64,000 bases of DNA from contig CAKOPG010000004.1 of the NCBI GenBank assembly GCA_934098745.1, positions 10,561 to 74,560 on the forward strand, written 5' to 3'. The notes under the pieces were generated by a model. The model was not told where the DNA came from and ran no database searches. It worked only from the letters and a program-made list of their open reading frames with translations. The position numbers were made by a program, and so were the translations under genes. The DNA comes from an uncultured Bacilli bacterium. Its GTDB lineage: Bacteria > Bacillota_I > Bacilli_A > RF39 > UBA660. Below are positions 50,157-56,624 of this stretch, piece after piece. Numbering within the stretch: the first letter of the stretch is position 1; each line of letters begins with the position of its first letter.

Positions 50157-50882
50157 ATGTCAAAAATATATAATTTATATTGTGATGAAAGCTGTCATCT
50201 TCAATATGATGGTAACGATATTATGGTTATAGGTACTGTGTACTGTGAAAAAAAGTACAGTTATGAAATAAATACTGATATAAGAAAAATAAAAGAAAAA
50301 TATGGTATCTCATTAAGTAACGAAACTAAGTGGAATAAGGCTCATCAAAATAAGATCGATTATTATACAGAGTTAATAAAATATTTTTTTGATAACGATA
50401 AGTTGAATTTCAGATGTGTTGTAGCAACAAACAAGAAGAATTTAAACTGTAAAGAATATAATATATCTTATGATGACTGGTATAATAGAATATATTATTT
50501 ATTGATAAAAGAACTTATAGACATAGAAAACAATTATAGAATATATATGGATATAAAAGACTCATTAGGTGGTGAAAGAGTTAAGAATTTAAAAACAGTT
50601 TTAAATAGAACATTATATGATTTTACAGAAGAAACAATTGATAGGGTTCAAATAATACGAAGCGACGAAGTTGAGATAATGCAATTAACAGATTTACTGA
50701 TTGGTGCTGTATCTTATAAAAACAGGGGATTAGCAACTAATGCTGGAAAAAATCAATTAATACAAATAATAGAAAATCTATCAGGCAAGAACTTGACGTC
50801 TACATCAAGACCTAAGATGTTTCATGGAAAATTTGATATATTTGTATGGGAACCAGGACATAAGAAATATGGAAAAATGTAA
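50157..50882 (+). CDS. DUF3800-like protein
   Basis: The N-terminal YNLYCDESCHLQ matches the DES-containing start of DUF3800 proteins as I recall it. AGGAGG RBS. Confidence 0.6.
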   Translation: MSKIYNLYCDESCHLQYDGNDIMVIGTVYCEKKYSYEINTDIRKIKEKYGISLSNETKWNKAHQNKIDYYTELIKYFFDNDKLNFRCVVATNKKNLNCKEYNISYDDWYNRIYYLLIKELIDIENNYRIYMDIKDSLGGERVKNLKTVLNRTLYDFTEETIDRVQIIRSDEVEIMQLTDLLIGAVSYKNRGLATNAGKNQLIQIIENLSGKNLTSTSRPKMFHGKFDIFVWEPGHKKYGKM

Positions 50883-51363
50883 TTTACAATCCAAGTTAGA
50901 TTTAAATGATGTAAGCAAAGATAGTATCGATAAAGCTTACAATGTTTATTTAAAAGAAATAGGAAATAATGATACTCTAACATTTAAAGGACTTCCTGTT
51001 AAAGTAACAAAAACTTTAGATTATAATTTAAGACAACAAACTTTTGAACATATTATATCTAGAGATATGAAAGCAAGATTGTATGATTCAAATAGATTAA
51101 ATAAAATTCCGTGGATAAAACATATAATATCATATTGTAATAATGAAAATTGTGGTAATTATTCATTTATAAATGATAGAGGTAAAGAATACTGTTTATG
51201 GTGTAAAAAAGAAAATTATTTAATTATATTAGAATTAAGAACAGATAAAAAAACAAATAAACCATTTTACTATTTAAAAACTGCATATCCAATTATATAT
51301 GGTGATAAGCTAAAACAGATGCAAAAGAAGGAAAAAAAGCAAAATGAAAACAGTAAGAACTAA
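50869..51363 (+). CDS. hypothetical Cys-cluster (Zn-ribbon-like) protein, translationally coupled to the DUF3800-like gene
   Basis: CNNENCGNY...CLWCKKE cysteine cluster. Overlaps the upstream stop by 14 nt. The start is uncertain (ATG 50824 is an alternative). Confidence 0.55.
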   Translation: MEKCNLQSKLDLNDVSKDSIDKAYNVYLKEIGNNDTLTFKGLPVKVTKTLDYNLRQQTFEHIISRDMKARLYDSNRLNKIPWIKHIISYCNNENCGNYSFINDRGKEYCLWCKKENYLIILELRTDKKTNKPFYYLKTAYPIIYGDKLKQMQKKEKKQNENSKN

Positions 51364-51512
51364 ATCTTACCGTTTTCGCCGCTCTTTTACCACTTGGATA
51401 ATGAGCAAAAGTTGTAGTACATACTACATTATATATTATGTTACTACCTATTATAACTATACCAATTAATTTTGAAAAAATCAATGGATTTGCGAAATAT
51501 TATATAAAAAAG

Positions 51513-51546
51513 TTTTACATTTTGTCAAGTCTTTTTTTACATTTTG
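51513..51546. repeat. two 12-bp direct repeats TTTTACATTTTG spaced 22 bp, abutting the integrase stop
   Basis: 51513-51524 and 51535-51546 are identical. Candidate recombinase arm-type sites. Confidence 0.6.
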
Positions 51547-52656
51547 CTAATTTTCTTCTAAGCTATCTATAACAGAAACAACAGAGTCGAGGGCAGTACT
51601 AAACATATGAGAATATGTATTTAGTGTTTCCTCGATTTTTGTGTGTCCTAAATATTTGGCAACTAATGTAACATTAGCACCATTATTAATAAGTAATGAA
51701 GCACATGAATGTCTGAAATCATGGATCCTAATAACTTTTAAACCAGCAAGATTTGCTAGTTTAGTTCTTCTAAGATATATATTAGAATCAGCTATAGGTT
51801 TAGCATCTGAAACTACAAAGAAATCATCATTAAATCCATAATAGTCTTTTTTATCCTGCTCATAGAGCATTTTAAGGTCATTTAACAAGACTTTAGTAAT
51901 AGGAACTATTCTTCTACTATCTCTTGTCTTAGTATCTGAAAATTCGAATTTAACACGGTTATTTCTTTGCGTTATTTGCTTATTAACAGATAATACTTTT
52001 TTATCGAAATAAATATCTTTCCAAGTAAGTCCTTTTAATTCTCCTTTACGTAGTCCACAATAATACAAAATTTCAAACACACATTTCCATCTTAGATCTT
52101 CTTCATTAGAAATAAACTTTTTAAATTCATCATAAGTATAATAAGCCATTTCTTTTCTACGTTCATTGGGATCTTGAAATTTTGTCATTTTATTATATAC
52201 TGCCTGAAAATTTAAGTTATGCCATTTAACTCCAAAATTTAAAATAGATTTAAGAAACTTATAAATATCATTTTTATATCTAAGAGATATATTAAGTTTA
52301 TTTATTTCTCGCTTCCATTGTTCAAATTGCATAATATTAAAATCTTTTACTTTAATAGGAAAGAAACATTCTATAAATTTTTCTTTATTATCATAACCAT
52401 ACTTAGTAGTTTCTTTCATTATTTCATCGTTATGCATTCTAAACTCATCATATAAGTCTTTAAATGTCATATTGTTATCTTCAACTTTATCAGTAGAGGT
52501 AACTAAAAACATTCTCTCTGCATCAGCTGCTTCTTTTTTAGTTAGATATCTTTTAGATCTATATTGTTTAGTAGCACCAAATGCATCTTTATAACTAAAC
52601 TTAAAATACCAAGCTCTACCATTTTTAGTAGGCTTAGGATCTTTGTAAACTGCCAT
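51547..52656 (-). CDS. int: tyrosine site-specific recombinase (phage integrase family)
   Basis: C-terminal catalytic region GLRKGEL ... RIHDFRHSCASLLINNGANVTLVAKYLGHTKIEETLNTYSH. N-terminal SAM-like domain. Confidence 0.93.
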   Translation of the reverse strand: MAVYKDPKPTKNGRAWYFKFSYKDAFGATKQYRSKRYLTKKEAADAERMFLVTSTDKVEDNNMTFKDLYDEFRMHNDEIMKETTKYGYDNKEKFIECFFPIKVKDFNIMQFEQWKREINKLNISLRYKNDIYKFLKSILNFGVKWHNLNFQAVYNKMTKFQDPNERRKEMAYYTYDEFKKFISNEEDLRWKCVFEILYYCGLRKGELKGLTWKDIYFDKKVLSVNKQITQRNNRVKFEFSDTKTRDSRRIVPITKVLLNDLKMLYEQDKKDYYGFNDDFFVVSDAKPIADSNIYLRRTKLANLAGLKVIRIHDFRHSCASLLINNGANVTLVAKYLGHTKIEETLNTYSHMFSTALDSVVSVIDSLEEN

Positions 52657-52809
52657 TATTTCACCAACTTTCTTGTAGAAATCCCTAATTGGTGATATAA
52701 TTATAGACGAGAAATCTCCAAAATTATATTTATTATAATTATTAAAGTTTACCAGACTTTTTAATTAGGGATTTTTCACTTTGATCACTGTTCCAGCAGT
52801 GGTCTTTTT

Positions 52810-53463
52810 TTAATCATAATATCTTTTAACTTGAACTACAGAACCAATAATTCTAAAGTTCTCATATTCAATAGTACCTTTTAAATAAGTAGTAGGTTTA
52901 AAATCACTGCTAAGATTTAAAGGCATAACCATTATTCCATCATTTATAGTAATAAGTTTTCTAATAGTTGCTATATCTTGTCCTTTTTCCTTAACACAAT
53001 AGAATCCATCTTTATTCATTTTATTTTGTTCTCTAAGAATTATACAATCGTTTTGATGAAACTCAGGATCCATAGTATTATCAGGCATAATTAATCCAAA
53101 ATAACTTTGTTTGTTCTTTATCCATTCTGGAGGTATTAGTTCTTCACCAACTTTAAATGCATTAGTTTTATCAGATAATATATTTCCAAAATATATTTTA
53201 GAAAAAACATCAACTATAACAGTATCATCATTTAATAAATCATCTTCATCTTCAAGCATCTCTTCAATTAAATCAGATTTCTTGATACCAAAGTAATCAG
53301 CAATCATATTTATTTTTTCTACTCTTGGAAATATTCTTCCAGTACACCAATCTGTTAGAGTAGTGTAAGGAATATTTAATCCTTTAGCAAGTTCTTTTCT
53401 AGATACCTTGCGTTCTTTCATAATCGTATTAAGGTTATGTATAAATACATCTCTGCTATCCAT
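52810..53463 (-). CDS. cI/LexA-like repressor (XRE HTH + S24 peptidase-like domain)
   Basis: ATG 53463 after AGGAGG. HTH RKVSRKELAKGLNIPYTTLTDW. C-terminal MPDNTMDPEFHQNDCIIL ... ATIRKL. The track ORF extension to 53805 is discounted. Confidence 0.85.
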   Translation of the reverse strand: MDSRDVFIHNLNTIMKERKVSRKELAKGLNIPYTTLTDWCTGRIFPRVEKINMIADYFGIKKSDLIEEMLEDEDDLLNDDTVIVDVFSKIYFGNILSDKTNAFKVGEELIPPEWIKNKQSYFGLIMPDNTMDPEFHQNDCIILREQNKMNKDGFYCVKEKGQDIATIRKLITINDGIMVMPLNLSSDFKPTTYLKGTIEYENFRIIGSVVQVKRYYD

Positions 53464-53497
53464 ATTGTTACCTCCTCTAATATAAGTATAGCTTACT

Positions 53498-53536
53498 TTA
53501 CGAAAACATTCAAGTAAAATTATGAAAATTTCGTAA
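53498..53536. promoter_or_regulatory. operator-like inverted half-sites TTACGA ... TCGTAA in the divergent cI/cro control region
   Basis: TTACGA at 53498-53503 and TCGTAA at 53531-53536, within the 133-bp divergent intergenic region. Confidence 0.5.
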
Positions 53537-53596
53537 TTTCTATTTACATTTGAAAATTTTTGTAATATTATTAAAATAGGAAGGAGGTCAAAATAA

Positions 53597-53881
53597 GTGC
53601 AGGCTACGTTAAGAGCAATTCGTGTGCACTTAGGTATAAGCATTGATGAAGCAGCTAGAAGAATTGGAATACCAAAGAATAGATTAATAGCCATCGAAAA
53701 ACATAGAACATGTCCTTCATGGCAATTAATTAAAAGATTTATGAGAGTATATGATATACCTTCTGTTAATAATTTGTTGGTATCTAACAAAAAAGAAGAA
53801 ATCAAAATGCATTATAAGTTTTCACACGATCCAATTGTTAGATGTAGTAGTAAAGAAGTAAATGAAGTATGTAGTAAATAG
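53597..53881 (+). CDS. Cro/XRE-family HTH regulator
   Basis: GTG start after GGAAGGAGG. LRAIRVHLGISIDEAARRIGIPKNRLIAIE. Confidence 0.8.
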   Translation: MQATLRAIRVHLGISIDEAARRIGIPKNRLIAIEKHRTCPSWQLIKRFMRVYDIPSVNNLLVSNKKEEIKMHYKFSHDPIVRCSSKEVNEVCSK

Positions 53882-53926
53882 AATTTTATATCATGCAGTA
53901 TCGATATACTTTTTAATAATTTTATG

Positions 53927-53943
53927 TTACGAAAATATCGTAA
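53927..53943. promoter_or_regulatory. palindromic operator-like site TTACGA-AAATA-TCGTAA
   Basis: Perfect 6-bp arms with the same half-site as in the cI/cro region, upstream of the replication operon. Confidence 0.55.
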
Positions 53944-53992
53944 TTAAAGAGTCTGGTAAACTTTAATGAAATAATAAAAAGGAGATTGAAAA

Positions 53993-54256
53993 ATGAAAAG
54001 TAAAACAATATTATCGGCAGAAGAAACGCTAGAAATATTAAATAGTCAGTGGGCTACTGTACAAGATATAATGAAAATAGGTGCTGTGGGAAGAAATAAA
54101 GCAAGAGATATTAAAAATAAAATATCAGATGAAATTATATCAAGTGGATTTAGACTACCTAATAACTTAGTACCAATGGAGAAAGTAATTGATTATTTTA
54201 AAATCAATATAGATTTTTTAGTATCAATTAATAATTCTAAACATGGGAACTTATAA
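53993..54256 (+). CDS. hypothetical small protein (position compatible with an excisionase/regulator)
   Basis: 87 aa, AAGGAGA RBS. No motif recognised. Confidence 0.6.
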   Translation: MKSKTILSAEETLEILNSQWATVQDIMKIGAVGRNKARDIKNKISDEIISSGFRLPNNLVPMEKVIDYFKINIDFLVSINNSKHGNL

Positions 54257-55064
54257 TAAAGAAAAATATTATTACTTTATGCTTAAATCAAACTTTTTTG
54301 ATAATGATGTATTAAAATACTTACAATCTGAACCTAATGGATATGAAAAAATAATTTTATATTTTAAACTTATATTTAAAACAATAAACAAAGATGGATA
54401 TCTAATAAAAAAAGTAGGATCTAAAAAGATTCCATACACAATAAAAGAATTATCAACAGAAACTAATCATTCTGAAGAATTAATAAATGAAGCAATAGAA
54501 TATTATATGGATACAGGAATGATAGAAAAAAGAGATGATAAATACTATATAGAAGATGCATTAGTACTTACTAATCAAACAACAGTAGGAGCTATGAATA
54601 TGAGAGAATATAGAATTAAGAATCCTGACAAGAGTAAGCCAAAATGTAAGAATAAATGTAAGCCAAATAGTAAGGTATATATAGATAATAAAACTAATAA
54701 ACATAACTTAGAAATAATAACTAATAAAAAAGAAATAGAAATAAATAGAAAAGAGTATCAAGACATAATAGATTATTTAAATTATAAGACACATTCTAAT
54801 TTTGTATTAATAGATGAATATAAAAAGATAATAGCTAATATATTAAAAAAATATACAATTAATGATATTAAGACAGTTATAGATAAAAAGACAAGCGAAT
54901 GGATTAATAATCCTAAAATGAAACCATACCTTACACCTGAAACATTATTTGGATCTAAATTTGAAAGATACTTACATCAGCAAGCAAAAGCTAAAACTAT
55001 TCAAGATATATCTTTAGAAGATATTAGAAGAGCTAAAGAAATGAGAGATAAACAAAATGGATAA
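54243..55064 (+). CDS. phage replisome organizer (N-terminal organizer domain + conserved phage C-terminus)
   Basis: YYYFMLKSNFFDNDVLKYLQSEPNGYEKIILYFKLIF, and C-terminal YQDIIDYLNYKTHSNF ... WINNPKMKPYLTPETLFG. Confidence 0.8.
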   Translation: MGTYNKEKYYYFMLKSNFFDNDVLKYLQSEPNGYEKIILYFKLIFKTINKDGYLIKKVGSKKIPYTIKELSTETNHSEELINEAIEYYMDTGMIEKRDDKYYIEDALVLTNQTTVGAMNMREYRIKNPDKSKPKCKNKCKPNSKVYIDNKTNKHNLEIITNKKEIEINRKEYQDIIDYLNYKTHSNFVLIDEYKKIIANILKKYTINDIKTVIDKKTSEWINNPKMKPYLTPETLFGSKFERYLHQQAKAKTIQDISLEDIRRAKEMRDKQNG

Positions 55065-55293
55065 GTTAGATTTTGTAGAAGGAATCAAAATACTATCATC
55101 TTGTTATCAAAAAGTAATTAGCAATGATGATATTTTGATATGGTATGAAATGTTAAAAGACATAGAACCAGAAGTATTTAAAAAAGCAATTATAGAACTA
55201 TGCAAAGAAAGAGCTTATATGCCAACCATACATGATATCTTAGATAAAACTAAAACAGTTAAGAATAATTATTATTTAGCTATTTTAGAATAA
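55057..55293 (+). CDS. putative replicative-helicase loader (G39P-like)
   Basis: 78 aa. FVEGIKILSSCYQ ... WYEMLKDIEPEVFKKAI ... YMPTIHDIL resembles the loader/inhibitor of phage G40P helicase. Recognised by eye. Confidence 0.5.
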   Translation: MDKLDFVEGIKILSSCYQKVISNDDILIWYEMLKDIEPEVFKKAIIELCKERAYMPTIHDILDKTKTVKNNYYLAILE

Positions 55294-55485
55294 ATGAAAA
55301 AAGATGGATACTTTAAATTAGGAGTAGTACCATTATCACCTGAACAAGAAGATAGAAACTATGGTAAATCCATTAGATGGATAGAAAGAGGAATCATACC
55401 AAGATTTTTATTAGAAGATATGCAAAAGTATATTAATAAGTCATCTAATAAATTAAATGGTAATGATAAAAATTATTTAGAGTAA
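55294..55485 (+). CDS. hypothetical small phage-like protein
   Basis: 63 aa, tightly packed in the operon. Confidence 0.5.
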   Translation: MKKDGYFKLGVVPLSPEQEDRNYGKSIRWIERGIIPRFLLEDMQKYINKSSNKLNGNDKNYLE

Positions 55486-55844
55486 TGTATAGATCATGTT
55501 CAGTATGTGGTAGAATTCATCCTGAAGATAAAATGTGTAAAAGAGTATATAAGAAGAATACTAAAGAAAGTCAATTTAGAAATACAAATGCTTGGATCAA
55601 GAAAAGAAATCAAATAAAGAAAAGAGATAGGTATTTATGTCAGTTATGTTTAAAAGATAATATATATACATATGATAACTTACAAGTACACCATATCATA
55701 CCACTAGCAAAAGATTATAATAAAAAACTTGATAGTGATAATTTAATTACACTATGTAGAATACATCATGAACAAGCAGAAAAAGGAATAATAACAAAAG
55801 AAGAATTATATGAATTATTAGAAGTCCCCCCGGAGGGTAGGTAA
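55485..55844 (+). CDS. HNH endonuclease
   Basis: CSVCGR...C..., LQVHHIIPL, NLITLCRIHHEQ. ATG overlaps the upstream stop (TAATG). Confidence 0.88.
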   Translation: MYRSCSVCGRIHPEDKMCKRVYKKNTKESQFRNTNAWIKKRNQIKKRDRYLCQLCLKDNIYTYDNLQVHHIIPLAKDYNKKLDSDNLITLCRIHHEQAEKGIITKEELYELLEVPPEGR

Positions 55845-55930
55845 TCCAAAAATATAATTTTTTCCACACCCACAGCCCACATACATTCACACAAAAATAT
55901 ATTTTCCGTGAGTTTTTTGGAAAACAAAAA

Positions 55931-55967
55931 GAGTATTAGAACAAAGACTAATACTCAATTTTTTTAA
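55931..55967. terminator. bidirectional terminator between the HNH operon and the convergent gene
   Basis: Perfect 9-bp stem GAGTATTAG / CTAATACTC, flanked by an A-run on the left and AATTTTTTT on the right. Confidence 0.7.
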
Positions 55968-56274
55968 AATCTAATGGATCTTCACTAATGATCTCTAAAG
56001 AATATTTCACTTTTAATAATTTAATTACTTCAGCTTTAACTTTATCATAATCTTCATCATCACTAACATTAAAGATATCTTTAGCTGAATTATAGTGCTG
56101 ATAAAACGTAGCCTCCCACATAGCATTCCTACTATAAGAACTAGCTATATAAAATGCAATTACTTCAGGCATAACATAAGTAATAATATACTCATGATAA
56201 TTATCATAAAAAGGATTAATTACTTTCTCTAATTCTTCATCAGAAATATCCTCATCAGTACATTTTCTAATCAT
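55948..56274 (-). CDS. small acidic hypothetical protein
   Basis: ATG 56274 after GGAGGA. 108 aa, rich in D/E. Confidence 0.6.
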   Translation of the reverse strand: MIRKCTDEDISDEELEKVINPFYDNYHEYIITYVMPEVIAFYIASSYSRNAMWEATFYQHYNSAKDIFNVSDDEDYDKVKAEVIKLLKVKYSLEIISEDPLDFKKIEY

Positions 56275-56402
56275 ACAATTCCTCCAATTCTTTGTATTAA
56301 TCACTTAAAAATTGATTTTTTGCAACAATTTATGTCAATTTATTTTAAAAATCAACAAATTATGTTATACTTATTATAGTAAGGAAAGTAAGGAGAAATG
56401 AT

Positions 56403-56624
56403 ATGAAGGAAAAAAATGAATTGTTAGCTTCAGCAAAGTTAACATCAAAAGGACAAATTACTATTCCGAAGATTGTTCGAGAAACATTAAATATTGAAGA
56501 AGGAGATTCTGTTATCTTTTATTTAGATGAAAAAAAGAATATAAAGATTTCAAACAGAAAGGATTGTAAAGTTACTCCAGACAGTGATAAAGAACAAGTA
56601 GTAGTAAAGAGAGGTAGTAAATAA
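56403..56624 (+). CDS. AbrB/MazE/SpoVT-family DNA-binding protein
   Basis: KLTSKGQITIPKIVRETLNIEEGDSVIFY swapped-hairpin motif. The stop overlaps the hsdM ATG (TAATG). Confidence 0.85.
   Translation: MKEKNELLASAKLTSKGQITIPKIVRETLNIEEGDSVIFYLDEKKNIKISNRKDCKVTPDSDKEQVVVKRGSK

Larger units (their letters stand above)
51480..55967. mobile_element. integrase-bearing phage-satellite-like element or prophage remnant (int, cI/Cro switch, replication module, HNH; no structural or lysis genes)
   Basis: Gene content listed below. Direct repeats lie beside int at 51513-51546, and a bidirectional terminator at 55931-55967. The right boundary is uncertain and may extend past 64000. Confidence 0.6.

Noticed and set aside
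51293-51484. 63-aa minus-strand ORF in the int-proximal intergenic region.
   Set aside because: No RBS. It spans the 3' end of the plus-strand gene and the candidate att region.
52781-52809. Hairpin GATCACTG/CAGTGGTC plus a T-run between int and the repressor, as a plus-strand terminator.
   Set aside because: No plus-strand transcription unit ends here, and the T-run contains the repressor stop codon. Probably fortuitous, or a barrier to antisense read-through; not enough evidence to call.
53464-53805. Upstream 114 codons of track ORF 52810..53805, and track ORF 53111..53296.
   Set aside because: The extension crosses the divergent promoter and overlaps the Cro-like gene. The AGGAGG-ATG at 53463 begins exactly at the HTH domain. 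ORF 53111..53296 is antisense to the repressor.
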